Positions 42,339-53,721 of a stretch of DNA of 64,000 nt are shown piece after piece (position 1 is the stretch's first letter; every line of letters starts with the position of its first letter). A model generated the notes under the pieces. That model was not told the DNA's origin, did no database searches, and saw only the letters and a program-made list of their open reading frames with translations. Where the stretch lies: positions 384,001 through 448,000 of the forward strand of contig CAVSJV010000017.1 of the NCBI GenBank assembly GCA_963728405.1, in the 5' to 3' direction. This stretch comes from Methanomassiliicoccaceae archaeon (lineage in GTDB: Archaea > Thermoplasmatota > Thermoplasmata > Methanomassiliicoccales > Methanomassiliicoccaceae). A program made the translations under genes and the position numbers.

Positions 42339-43314
42339 GTGCAGAGGGATGAACTGATAGAGGCAGTACGGTCCGTCCTGACAAGGTCAGAATTCTACCG
42401 TCTCCCGACCGTTGGCCATGCGAGGCATCAGCTTCGATGTGGTGGCGCGCCGTGAGGATACCCTCCTCATCATCAAGATACTGAGCAATGTCGATGCCTT
42501 CTCGAAGGAGAACGCCGAAGAGATGCTCACCCTGGGCGAGGCATTGGGCGCTTCCCCGTTGCTGATTGGAGAACGCTCCGGGGCCGGGGAGATCGACGAG
42601 AGCATCGTGTACTCCCGGTTCGGCATCCCCATCATCTCACTGACGACCCTTTCGGATCATCTGCTGGAAGGCGCGCCCCCCTTCATTTTCGCCGCTCCCG
42701 GTGGACTATATGTCAAGCTGGACAGCGACCTTCTCAAGAAGCTAAGAGAGGATAGAAGCATCTCCCTGGGCACGCTGGCCGAGATCGCCGGGGTGTCCCG
42801 AAGAACGATCCAGATGTACGAGACCGGCATGGGGGCGATGATCGACGTGGCGATACGTCTGGAAGAGTTCCTCAACCAGCCGATCGTGACGCCCGTCAAT
42901 CCGTTCCATCATTGCATTGCCAAGCCCAAGGACAAGGGCGCCGCCAACGTCGTCCCGCCGTCCTCGGACATATTCACCCAGGAAGTGTACCAACGCCTCA
43001 ACAACATGGGTTTCTCCATCGTGCCGACGTCCCGCTGCCCGTTCGAGGCGCTAAGCAAGGACAAGCAGATCCTCATCCTGACCGGGCTGGGAAAGGACGA
43101 GAGCAAGCTGAAGGACAAGGCCATGGCCGTGTCCGACATTTCCAAGGTGACGGGGCGCTGCTCGGTCATCTTCATCGAGCGGGCCAAGAGCAAGCACAAC
43201 ATCGGCGGCACGCCCATAGTCGGACGGGACGAGCTCCGGAAGATCACCGAGTCGGTCATCCTGTACGAACTGGTCAGTGCAAGGAGCGAGAACGATGAGA
43301 AGCATAAGGATTGA
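42339..43314 (+). CDS. Archaeal XRE-HTH transcriptional regulator (COG1395-like; frameshift near 42399)
   Basis: SFDVVARR..IKILSNVD, AAPGGLYV and LGTLAEIAGVSRRTIQMYE motifs; GTG start at 42339. Confidence 0.85.
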
Positions 43315-43938
43315 TTCCGCTTCCGTTGCCCTACTGCCGGTGGTCAAAGGGCCGGTCAGCGAGGGGGGTGCCGTAGAAAAGGCGTTCGAGGAGATCGCTC
43401 CGGATGTCATTGCCGTTTCCATCTCTCGAGAGGACCTGATGGGCCTGCGCAATCGCGAGGATTACGACAAGTACGAACCCAGCGACCTGGAAATTATTTA
43501 TCAAGCGTTCCTGGAAAAGTTTGGCGAGGTGCGCTTACCTCCCCCGGCATACGTGAAGGCGCTGGAGCTCTCTGAGAGCAAAGGTATTCCCATCGTCCCG
43601 TTGGACATGAACAATGAAGTGTACACCGAAGCGTACTGTGAGCATGTCGGGACGGGGACATGATCAGGGAATCGTTCTTCGCTCGACGGGCCACGGGCAA
43701 GAAGTTCGATCTCTCGAGCCCTTGCGCTTTTGCTATCAGCTGGGATAAACGAGTGAACAAGGCCAAGGGGTTCCGTGAGCTGGAGCTCGAGAGGGAAAAG
43801 CACATGGTTGCGGCCTTGCGCAACCTGGCCAAGATGTACCGCAACATCCTGGCAGTGGTGGAGTGCGAGCGGTCCGAAGGAGTGCTACGGGTCCTGGAAG
43901 CTCCGCCCGCGGAAACCAACGGCCACGGGGTTAAATAA
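43295..43938 (+). CDS. Hypothetical protein, weakly TraB-like (frameshift near 43656)
   Basis: PDVIAVS, IPIVPLDM and LEREKHMV..L segments across two frames. Confidence 0.65.
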
Positions 43939-43958
43939 GCCGGAATCGATGACCGGCC

Positions 43959-45624
43959 ATGCGGGACGGGGACCCACTGGGTGTAAGGTTCAGCGAGGCC
44001 GTGGACCGGTTCGCCCTCTGGCTCGAACGGAATCGTTTGTCCGTCATCGGTGTCTTTGTCTACATCGTCTCGATCTCAGTGATAAGAGACCTGGCGGAGT
44101 ATTTCCTGCTGGACCACGAGTTCGTCACCACCTCTCATCCCTGGATATTCAGTATCGCCCACCATGTGGCGTTCTACCTGGTGACGTTCCTTGGCCTGGT
44201 CCTGCTGCTGACCGCCTTCTCCGGAAGGGGGCTGAGGCGGTCGGTGAACTATCTCTGTACCTTCTTTTGGATCATCATCCTACCGCCGTTCATCGACCAC
44301 TATTTTTTTGGCATGAACAGTAATTATTCGTATTCCTCGGCGACCGATTTCCTCAATGCATTGATCCACTTTAGCGGGGCCAACTTCCATCCCGGTCAAG
44401 CCCTGGAGGTCGGGGTGGTCCTTTTCGGCCTCGGTGCCTATGCGTTTTGGCTCCAACGGACAAAATTGGATAGTCCCCTGGGGCGGCTCATCGTCCTCTT
44501 GAAGGTCTCCCTCCTGATGGGGTTCTCGTTCATGGCGATGTTCATCCTGGCCACCCCTGGGGCCTACTTGCCGGTGGGGAGCGAGGGTGGTTTCCCTGTC
44601 TTTCCCAACTTTGAGACCACAAGATACTACCAATTCCATCTGTTCATGCTGACCTACTATCTGCTCGTGGGGATGGCCTTGATCGCGGTCCTGGTAAAGC
44701 TTTCCACGAATCGGCTATCCGTTTACGTCCGCAGCATGCGTCCCTTTCAAACGACCTTTTTCATAGCGATCATGACGGCAGGAACGGCCCTGGGGTGGAG
44801 CGCCAGCGGAGGTTCCGCCCTGGTGACCTCCATTCTCCAGAAACCATATTGGGTGAACTTATCGTTCCTGGGGATGGCCCTGGTGTCATCGATGCTGGTA
44901 TGGATGGTAAGTGCGATGTGGAACGATATCAGCGATCGAGGGATGGATGACCCCCATACCCGACCAAGGGTGCTGTCCAGCGGCCTCATGGGGCCGCGTG
45001 GCTATGCTCAGATATCGCTTCTGCTGCTGATAATTGCTCTTTCGATCGCCCTCATCGATCTCCGTCCAAAATCTCATTATCGTTGTTGCCATCGCCGGCC
45101 TATCTTACGCTTACTCGTTCAAACCGCTTAGATTGAAGGAGCATGCTCTGCGCCCCCTCCTTATCGGGCTAGGGACATTTCTGGTGTTCCTCTATGGTTA
45201 TATCACTCCCTACAATGAGGTGGCCTATTTTCCGATCGGGGACATCCACTATCTTTCTGGAGCGGTGATCGCCCCGCTCCTGACACCTGAAGCGTTCTAT
45301 CTGGGCGCCATAATGGCATTGGGGGTGATCATCGGTTCGATGGTCACGGACATCGATGCGGTGGAGGACGACCGACGGGGCGGGGTCCGGACCGTTTTTA
45401 CTTTGCTGGGAGAAGAGAAGGGCACCTACGCGGTGTGCCTTTTGGTGTTCATCGCCGCCCTGACCCCTTTGATCCTGTTCCATCAGGCGATCGATGTGGT
45501 CCTCTTCGTGATGCTGGGGGTTGTGGCTTCATTCCTCCTCTACAGAAAAAGGAACGCCAGGCCGGTCCTGTTGATCGCCCTGCTCGGACTGGTCTACGCT
45601 GCGTTCCGTCTTATCGTTCAATGA
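43959..45624 (+). CDS. UbiA-family prenyltransferase with long N-terminal membrane domain (frameshift near 45055)
   Basis: MRP, NDISDRGMD, YSFKPLRLK and TDIDAVEDDRRGGVRT motifs. Confidence 0.82.
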
Positions 45625-46797
45625 GCCCTTTGCGATGACAGGAACAAGGGGATGAAAGAAGGAACGGCATGTTTGAGCAGGGTTCTCCAATCATCCTCAC
45701 CTCGAGAGATGTCCATGCAGGCCCGGACCAGGTCCTCACGTTCGGAGAACTCCATCAAGAACCTGGTCATGTCGACCTTGCCTATCAACCAGTGAAGGAC
45801 CGGCCCGATGACGCTGGCCGCTCGAAGGTCCCGGAGGATGTGGTCACCGCACGACCGGTCGTATCGGTTCAACGGTAGACCGTTGACAACATTATCCTGG
45901 ACCGCTTTGGCCGCCAGTTTACCGCTGGTCAAGGCGTAGGTCATCCCCTCACCCGTCAGGGGATTGACGAACCCTGCTGCATCGCCCACCACCAGCGATC
46001 GGGCCGTGCTCAACCGCCTTCGAGGCACTAACGGAAGGGGATGTGTCGTCACCATCCCTGGAGAGATGTCACCCACCCGCTCCTTGATGTCCTCAAGGAT
46101 GGAGCCTATCCTCCGTTCCAGAGTCCTTCGATCGACATGGTATCCGACGACCCCGATGTTGGCCCCCCGTCGCGTGGGGAAGAGCCACCCATTGGTTGGA
46201 TAATCTGGCATCCAACGAATGCCTGGGGTCGGGGTATCCATGAAGTGTATCTCCAGGGCGTCGCTCACTTCGCCTCTGAACTCGCACTCTAGTGCCGCTC
46301 CGATCGCCTTCGTACCCTTTCGATTTCCCCCGAGAAGGGCGTTCGCCAAGTGGCTGGAGGCACCGTCGGCGATGATCAGGCATCTCGCCTCGATCTTTCC
46401 CCGAACCGTGCTGAGGGCGACGTGTTCCTTGTATTCCCTCGCCTCCAAAACCCGGGTCCCATCCCATAGCTCGGCTCCTTCCAGCTCAGCATTCTTGACC
46501 AGGTATTGGTCGAACCGATCTCGATGGACCGTGTATGCAACGGCCTTCTGGAATCGGAACTCACGCCTTACATCGCCGCGAACAATGGTGAAGGCGGTGA
46601 TCTCCCGCTCAACCAGGCCCTCCGGGATCGACCCATCGAGCACAGTTGGCCGCCCGTTTCAGGACCCCCCCGGCACAGCATTTGTGCCTAGGGAGGGTGC
46701 CTTTCTCGATGAGCAGTGTGCTCAGGCCGGCCTGAGCACACTTATGGGCGGCGAAAGCCCCGGCTGGACCGGCACCGGATATTACCACATCGTACAT
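45618..46797 (-). CDS. Geranylgeranyl reductase-family flavoprotein (frameshift near 46650)
   Basis: GAGPAG, PRHKCCAGG, RDRFD, IIADGA, GWLFP and VGDAAGFVNPLTGEG motifs. Confidence 0.9.
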
Positions 46798-46827
46798 CAG
46801 AGCCGTCCGCCGGAGGCTATGCGCAGC

Positions 46828-49800
46828 TCATTCCTTCTTCCGTTTCTCCAAGCGCTGTACCGCGGTCGCAGCCGTCATCACGCCCATGATCCCCAGGAAG
46901 GGGATGGCTATATCCAGGTTGACGTTGCCGGTCTTTATGTTAATTCCGGCCTCGTTCGCCGAAAGGGCGTTCAAGGGCTTCTCGGTGAACGTCCAGCTCC
47001 CCACCTGTGGTTCGCTGTAGTATATCCATATGGTCGAGAAGGACACCCCCCCGCTCTTGCCCGCGCCGTATCCGACCACGAGCGCGATGTCCAGGTTATA
47101 GTCGCCATTGAAATCGCCCAGCTCGAGGGCGGCGATATCGAAGGCGGTAGACCCGCCCACCTGGCTTGCCAGGGTCGACGTGTCCACCGCCATGGGAGCG
47201 TCCAGTTGCCCGTTGGTCTGGGTCAGGATATAGAGCGTATGGGTCGAGTCCCCCTGACCCACCTTGGAGGTCCCGACGACCACATCGTTAAGACCGTCCG
47301 GGCGATGGTCGTAGTTCGGGGCGGTGCTCGAACCACCCTTGCCAATGTCTCCCACCGCCAAGGAGGTGATGTACTCCCCTGCGCCCGGCGATATTATTGG
47401 AGAGGTCACTAGATTGCCGGCCAACCATTCCACCCCATAGGACTTATGGGCTATCTGGATCAGGTTCACCAGCAGGGAGGAGTTGGTAAGATCGCCTGAA
47501 CCAGTTACGCTGTCTACCACCCTTATGTAGTATTTCAGGTTCGTCGTGTGGATGAGGTGGGCCGTGTACACCGTTTGACTTGTTCCCGAGATCGTACCGA
47601 TATCGAACCAGGTGTTGTTGTCCGTCGAATAGGAGAGCCTATAGGTCTCCGCATCACTGCATTTCGCCAAGAACGTCAGATCATGGACCAGCTCGGCAGG
47701 ATTGTTGGGTACTTCCCAAATCCAATCGAGATACCTGCTTTCGACGAATCGGATCTCGATCCACATGCGGTCGATTTTTACGGAACCCGCTGCACCGTTG
47801 TTATTGAAGTACACCGATAGGTGAGTTAGTGCGTCCACCGTTGTCGCCCCGTTCGCAAAGAGGTCGAAGGACCTTGTGACGTTCAGGTTTGAGCTGGTCG
47901 GAGTGATGCCAGTGCTCGTGAACGTATTCCCATCCTTGGACCACAGTATCGAGGCTCCGCCGTTATAAGTGGGGTCAACGGCAAAAGTCACCATCAATTT
48001 TGCCTGCACCACGGTCCGGGTCATGTTGCTGCCATCGATATAGAACGAGTTCATGTTCAGGCTTTTACCCGGGTCCACATTATATGTCAAACCATCGGTG
48101 TTGATTATGTCATTGCGGTCCTTTGACGTTGTGTCGGCGTATGGGCCCAGCATTGTACTTGCTTGGGGATACGCCCCATATGGCGTAGACATCTGATAGA
48201 CCTCTGTAAGGGTCTCTATGTTGGTGTCATTTGTCACCAGATCGGTCAATCCAATCGCCATATGGGTCACTTTGGCCGAGGGGTCGACGTAAGGCCCGTA
48301 TTCAACCGAGGGATTGGTCACTGTTGTCGTGGTGGACTTACCGGTCGTGTGTATGACGAAAACGTTGTTGTTGGTAGTGCTGGTCCTCACGATGTCCAGA
48401 TAAGGCTGGGTGCTGTCCATCTGGGCCAGCCTCACACATGGAATGCGCTGAGTATGGTCATAGGGGTTCGTTCCACCTACGATCGCTGTGGTCGGCGTGG
48501 TGACCGGCGGTGCAGCAAATGCACCCGTTTCTCTTGACAGAAGATTACCGGAGGTCCCCAGGTAATTGCTCATCCAGATATTGGTCTTGCCTGTCTCGTA
48601 TACCCCGACGATGTCATCACAGCCGTCCTTGTTAATGTCACCTACCGCGAGATCGAGAACGGCAGGGTTGAGGTTCGAGTTCGCTCCGAGTTGGTCTATT
48701 TTCGTTCCTGTACTAGTAGTCCAATCCATTGTGGTGGAGAGCGCCGTCTTTGTCCACAACCCATCGTTCCAGAACACATAAACGCCCCGGTTGAAGAACA
48801 TGGCGTAGTTTTTCGAAGCGTCCTGAATTTCAGAGTCCCTCACAGCCGTGGAATATACCACGACATGGGCAAAACTAGCCACGATATCAGTATAGCCATC
48901 CCCGTTGAAATCTCCCGTGGCCAAGGCAACGACCATCTCGTTCTGGTTGATAAAATCAGTCCCATCATAAGATGTGATGAACCCGCCGGGGAAGTTGTAG
49001 GTGAAAAAGGAAGAGTACAGTTTTGCATCGGGATGATAGACGGTGACATCCTCATTGGCTTTGCCGAAGTCATTGGTCCCGTACAATGAGTTCGTATATC
49101 TGATCCCGGAGCTAGTTGGACTGGCTGGATTCTGGCCACCATAGGCATCAAAGGGAAGCGATATAATGTTGGGCGTCTCAGACCATTCGGTACCTTCCAC
49201 ATTCTCACATTTGTACCACGCGATGGCCACGGTCGGATCCTGGAAGCCGACCACGAGGTCCTTAATTCCGTCGCCATCCATGTCCGCTTGGACGAGTCCC
49301 AGAGGACCATTGTAAGTGGGGTCGGCGATGGTATTCTGAGACCATTGTTCCGATCCGGTCCCCTTCTCGTACCACATCAGTTTGTTATCGGTCCATTCAG
49401 CTCCCGCTGCACTCCAAGTATAGGACCCGGTGCCGATGCTGGCGATGATATCGGACATGGTCATAGGGGCCGTGACATTGAATTGCGTGCTGAGCTCGTG
49501 GTAGGTCTCGTAGGTGGTCCCCGACAAATCGCTCGTCTCAGAGAAGAACGATATCCTCAAGGTGTAGGAGTTCTTCTTGGCCAGCCACCACCCCAGGTCG
49601 GCGGCCTTGAGCTCGATGTAAAGGGTATAGGTTCCCGCCTTGCCCGTCGGGTCGATATCCGCGACGCGGGTCGCCGAGCTGCTGGTCGAGGAGGTCTTAT
49701 AGATCGAGCTCAACGGGGCCGAGTAGGCCGGATCGCTTGGGTAGGTAGTCGCGGTGGGCGGGGCCTTCCTAATGACATAGCGGCCGCTGTAGTCAGAAAC

Positions 49801-51267
49801 CTCGATGTTGCCACAGGTGACCTTGGTCAGGTCCGAGTTCACGTCCTTTGTCACTATCTTCAGATAGACCCGGTCCGCCGGTGTGAAAGTTTCCGCCAGT
49901 TCGAATGAATTGGTGGTTTTGTTCAGGATGTAGGTCTCCAGAAATGGATAGTTCGCATCTGACACGGTAATGACATCCCTCACGCTGAGGACCGTCCCAT
50001 AGTAGTCCTTCATCTTGATCAGTAGGGAATAGGTCAGGGCAGTATCAGGGGCAGAGAAGTTGTAAACATAGCGATAAAAGTTATTGTATATTCCGCCATA
50101 GGTGAACGCGCCCACCTTGGATTGGGGCATGGAATCCCCCGATATCGGGTTGTACAGAGTGAAGGAGTTCTCGAGGGCCAGGTTCAACATGGAGTTGCTG
50201 TAGAGCTCGATCAGTACGCCTTCACCGGGATCGAAATCCTTGGTTATGACATTGTCCGCCATCCTGCGTATGTAGTAGAAGGTAGTGCCAAGATTGTTGT
50301 TGCCACCGCCATTTTCGCCACCAGTAGCATCGGACGGATATGTACCGTTAAGCAGGGCATCGTTGTAGGAATCAAGCGGGTTTCCGCCGGAGCTTCCACC
50401 GGACGCGGGCAGGACGGTGAGAACCATTCTCGCCTGAGACACCTCTCCGTTTTCATCAGTCGCATTGACCAATAGTGTCTTGTTGTTCCAGTTGGCCTGT
50501 GCTATGAACGATACGGCCTGATCGGTCCAATATATGTTATTGCTTCCGTAGTCCCACAGCTTCAGGCTCCCCAGGCCGATCGCGGAGGCATTCAGATAAA
50601 CGCTGTTTGTATCCAGTTTGCCAAAGGGATCGGTCACCATGGCATAGAAGGAGACGACATTGCCCACATAAGTGGGGCTGGGGTCCATGCCCCTATTGGC
50701 GATGATGGGCATCGACATGGCAGCCTGCTGGCCGCCGATGAGGTTGTTACTGTAGACCACCGTGTTGGCCTCGGTGTCCACGATCATGATACTGAGGGAG
50801 GTATTGCTGTAGACCCCGGTCGCCAGGTAGGTCCAGGTCGACCCAGGAGTCCAGACGTTGTTGAGTATTGGAGTAAGGCTATTGGTGATCTTCAGGGAGT
50901 GTGGGGTATTGTCCTGGAAGAGATAGATGTTGGTCTTATAGTCAGCCAGGGAATCTCCACCCTTATGTGTGACGGTGATTAACGTAGTGTGATTGTCCAC
51001 ATCGATGCCCGAAGTGGACGCTACGAAATCAGTATATACCTTCTCTTGGGGGCCGGGCATCGAGGAAACGAAGTATAGGATACCTGTGAACAGGGAGACG
51101 GTGATGGCGAGAATGAGGATGTTGCCGATTATGTCCGAAACACCACGACGGCTCCACGCCCTTCGCTTGTGGAACGAGGACCTGGATGCATTGCTATCGC
51201 TGACGCTCGAAGAACCAGGTCGACCTGACTGTCGACCGACAGACCTAAGACTAATCCGATCGGTCAT
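46828..51267 (-). CDS. Giant surface protein: archaeal type IV pilin N-terminus, FG-GAP repeats, C-terminal hydrophobic/basic tail
   Basis: RRG|VSDIIGNILILAITV class III signal; THKGGD; about six DxxxDGxxD-like repeats. Confidence 0.85.
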   Translation of the reverse strand: MTDRISLRSVGRQSGRPGSSSVSDSNASRSSFHKRRAWSRRGVSDIIGNILILAITVSLFTGILYFVSSMPGPQEKVYTDFVASTSGIDVDNHTTLITVTHKGGDSLADYKTNIYLFQDNTPHSLKITNSLTPILNNVWTPGSTWTYLATGVYSNTSLSIMIVDTEANTVVYSNNLIGGQQAAMSMPIIANRGMDPSPTYVGNVVSFYAMVTDPFGKLDTNSVYLNASAIGLGSLKLWDYGSNNIYWTDQAVSFIAQANWNNKTLLVNATDENGEVSQARMVLTVLPASGGSSGGNPLDSYNDALLNGTYPSDATGGENGGGNNNLGTTFYYIRRMADNVITKDFDPGEGVLIELYSNSMLNLALENSFTLYNPISGDSMPQSKVGAFTYGGIYNNFYRYVYNFSAPDTALTYSLLIKMKDYYGTVLSVRDVITVSDANYPFLETYILNKTTNSFELAETFTPADRVYLKIVTKDVNSDLTKVTCGNIEVSDYSGRYVIRKAPPTATTYPSDPAYSAPLSSIYKTSSTSSSATRVADIDPTGKAGTYTLYIELKAADLGWWLAKKNSYTLRISFFSETSDLSGTTYETYHELSTQFNVTAPMTMSDIIASIGTGSYTWSAAGAEWTDNKLMWYEKGTGSEQWSQNTIADPTYNGPLGLVQADMDGDGIKDLVVGFQDPTVAIAWYKCENVEGTEWSETPNIISLPFDAYGGQNPASPTSSGIRYTNSLYGTNDFGKANEDVTVYHPDAKLYSSFFTYNFPGGFITSYDGTDFINQNEMVVALATGDFNGDGYTDIVASFAHVVVYSTAVRDSEIQDASKNYAMFFNRGVYVFWNDGLWTKTALSTTMDWTTSTGTKIDQLGANSNLNPAVLDLAVGDINKDGCDDIVGVYETGKTNIWMSNYLGTSGNLLSRETGAFAAPPVTTPTTAIVGGTNPYDHTQRIPCVRLAQMDSTQPYLDIVRTSTTNNNVFVIHTTGKSTTTTVTNPSVEYGPYVDPSAKVTHMAIGLTDLVTNDTNIETLTEVYQMSTPYGAYPQASTMLGPYADTTSKDRNDIINTDGLTYNVDPGKSLNMNSFYIDGSNMTRTVVQAKLMVTFAVDPTYNGGASILWSKDGNTFTSTGITPTSSNLNVTRSFDLFANGATTVDALTHLSVYFNNNGAAGSVKIDRMWIEIRFVESRYLDWIWEVPNNPAELVHDLTFLAKCSDAETYRLSYSTDNNTWFDIGTISGTSQTVYTAHLIHTTNLKYYIRVVDSVTGSGDLTNSSLLVNLIQIAHKSYGVEWLAGNLVTSPIISPGAGEYITSLAVGDIGKGGSSTAPNYDHRPDGLNDVVVGTSKVGQGDSTHTLYILTQTNGQLDAPMAVDTSTLASQVGGSTAFDIAALELGDFNGDYNLDIALVVGYGAGKSGGVSFSTIWIYYSEPQVGSWTFTEKPLNALSANEAGINIKTGNVNLDIAIPFLGIMGVMTAATAVQRLEKRKKE

Positions 51268-51419
51268 ATGCTCACCACCGGCCCCAATCCCGGTGCGGCA
51301 CTCGTACCCTTTTGTTGAATATAAATATGTATACTTCCGATTTTCAATTAATCGGAATATTTATTCCAATCAGATAGAAATCTTGCTGGGTTTATTATTT
51401 GATCGTTCCATACAGGCTC

Positions 51420-51938
51420 ATGATCGAGATCGAGGTCAAATGCCCCGTCGATGACCTGGACACCGTTGAGAGAATATTGCGCGACAAGGGCGCTCGGTTC
51501 GAAGGCATGCTTGAACAGAGCGATCTCTACCTCGCGCACCCCTGCCGGGACTTCGGCCGTACCGATGAAGCGCTCCGGCTCCGAAAGGAGAACGAACGGC
51601 ACATCCTCTTCTACAAGGGACCAAAACTGGACAAGTTGACCAAGACCCGGGAGGAGATCAGCACGCCGATCCCCGACCCGGAGTCGTTGAAGCTCATCCT
51701 GAAGCGAGTGGGGTTCGAGAAGGTCATCGAGGTCGAGAAGATCAGGCGGGTCTACGTGATGAATGAGGTAGAGGTCTCGCTGGACCTGGTGACCGGCCTG
51801 GGCGGTTTCGTGGAGCTGGAAGTGCAGGACCTGGAGCTGGAAAGGGGCCGGGCGATGCTGTTCGGGCTGATGAAAGAGCTGGGACTGGAAAGGACGGAAA
51901 GGAGCTCGTACCTCGAGCTCCTGCTGCAGAAAAGATAG
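51420..51938 (+). CDS. cyaB: CYTH-domain protein (class IV adenylate cyclase-like)
   Basis: IEIEVK, ALRLR, YKGPK..KTREE and LGGFVELE motifs. Confidence 0.9.
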   Translation: MIEIEVKCPVDDLDTVERILRDKGARFEGMLEQSDLYLAHPCRDFGRTDEALRLRKENERHILFYKGPKLDKLTKTREEISTPIPDPESLKLILKRVGFEKVIEVEKIRRVYVMNEVEVSLDLVTGLGGFVELEVQDLELERGRAMLFGLMKELGLERTERSSYLELLLQKR

Positions 51939-51939
51939 C

Positions 51940-52194
51940 TCAGATGCTTTCCAACTTCTCGGCCAGGAACTTCCTGATCTCCGGGTCGTCGGGTATGCTG
52001 ATCGAGGACTTGTACCGCTCGGCACCGTCCTTCATGGTGTATCCCCGGCTGAGGGAGATGAACTCGGTGACCCCGGTCTCACTGACCGCCTTCTTCCGGG
52101 CGACCTCCAGGAAATTGTTCTTTCCGAACGAAACCCTCTCCGAACTGACGACCTCGAACTGGACATTGCGCTCGTTGTATCTCTCGTCGGTCAT
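51940..52194 (-). CDS. Small hypothetical protein
   Basis: 84-aa ORF with GGAGGT SD motif. Confidence 0.8.
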   Translation of the reverse strand: MTDERYNERNVQFEVVSSERVSFGKNNFLEVARKKAVSETGVTEFISLSRGYTMKDGAERYKSSISIPDDPEIRKFLAEKLESI

Positions 52195-52361
52195 GTCATT
52201 ACCTCCGTTAATGATGTTGTGAACCCCGGGCGGAACGATAAAGGTTTTGGCTTCAGGGACGCTTGCCTGGAACGGACATGTCGTGACCTGGCCACCAGGA
52301 TCTTTTATTGGTCCGTTCCAGCTTCGACAATTAGAAATAGCACTCTGCTAATTGAACGGGC

Positions 52362-53721
52362 ATGTCTTTGGAGGGGGATGGGCCAGCTGGACCTGTTCAG
52401 CCCCATTATTGTTCGAGCTGCGGGAGCCCGATGGGTCCCGGTTCGAACTTCTGTTCAAAATGCGGGCGCCCCCTGTCCCCGGTCGTTCCGCCCATCTATC
52501 AGCCGTACCAGGCGCCCAAGGCCATGACCTTGCGGAGCCTGATCATGGGGATCGGGACGTACGGGACCATAGCGCTCCTGGCGCTCATGGCCGCCAACAT
52601 CATCATCACTATCTGGGGGGTCGGACTGGTCTACCCGCACATGGACAGACACATCGCCCTGTTCGTGATCACTCCGTTCATCGTCAACCTGGCCGTGCTG
52701 GGCGGCGAGCTGTTCTTCATTTACTACGTGCTACTGACGTTGGCCATCATCGCTTCGTTCATCTGGATGCTGAAGAAGAGCTTCGTACCACTGAGCGATG
52801 AGATGGCGGTGAAGTACCCGGCCAGGGGACACAGCCCCTTGTATGTGATAGGTACCATCTTCATGGCCGTGCTGTCCTTCAACATCATCTATTATCTGCT
52901 GATCCAGGGCAGCGGCACCTCCCCCACCACTCCGTCGTTCGCCTCACAGGAGCTATGGCAGATCATCTACGGCTTCGCCGAGGCCTCTGTATGGGAGGAG
53001 GTAGTCTCCCGCATCCTGCTCATCGGCCTGCCCCTGCTGGTGATCGACGCGCTTCTGCGGTCCAACAATCCCGATCGCAAGATGCGCAAGCTGCACCAGT
53101 ATCTCCTGGGCGGAGGGTTCAGCATCGGTCGGAAGGAGGCGTTCTTACTGGTGTTCTCGGCGATCATGTTCGGCATGGCCCATGTGTTCTCCTGGGACGT
53201 GTTCAAGATCTTCCCCGCGGCGGTGGCCGGGCTGGCCTTCGGCTACCTGTTCCTCAAGCTCGGCGTGTACGCGGCCATAATGCTGCACTTCGCCTTCGAC
53301 TTCCTGAGCGTGCCTCTGGACGTGTTCCCTGACAGCACGCTGCTGACGCTCATACTGGGGCTTATGATCATCGTGTGGGTCGTCCTCGGCGTACCCTACC
53401 TGATGCTGTATGCCTCCAAGGGCGTGGGATGGCTCAGGGGCAAGCGGATTTGGCCGGACGTGCCTAAGGCGGCGACAGAACCGAACTACGGAGCCCATTA
53501 CGGCGGCTATCAGTACACGGGCTATCAGCCGCCCACCCCCTACGTCCCGCCGGCTCCGTCGTACGCGGGCAATACGACCCGCGACCGGGGGGCCGCCTCC
53601 CGAATATGGAAGGGCGCGCGACCCGACCGCCTTCGGCTTCACCTGCCGCAACTGCGGGAACCGCGAGGCATTATACAAGGACGGGCAGCTCACCTGTACC
53701 CGCTGCGGTCTGAAGAACTAG
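52362..53721 (+). CDS. CPBP (CAAX/Abi) intramembrane metalloprotease with terminal zinc ribbons (frameshift near 53590)
   Basis: EEVVSR, FGMAH and HFAFD motifs; CSSC..CSKC at the N-terminus and CRNC..CTRC at the C-terminus. Confidence 0.85.
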
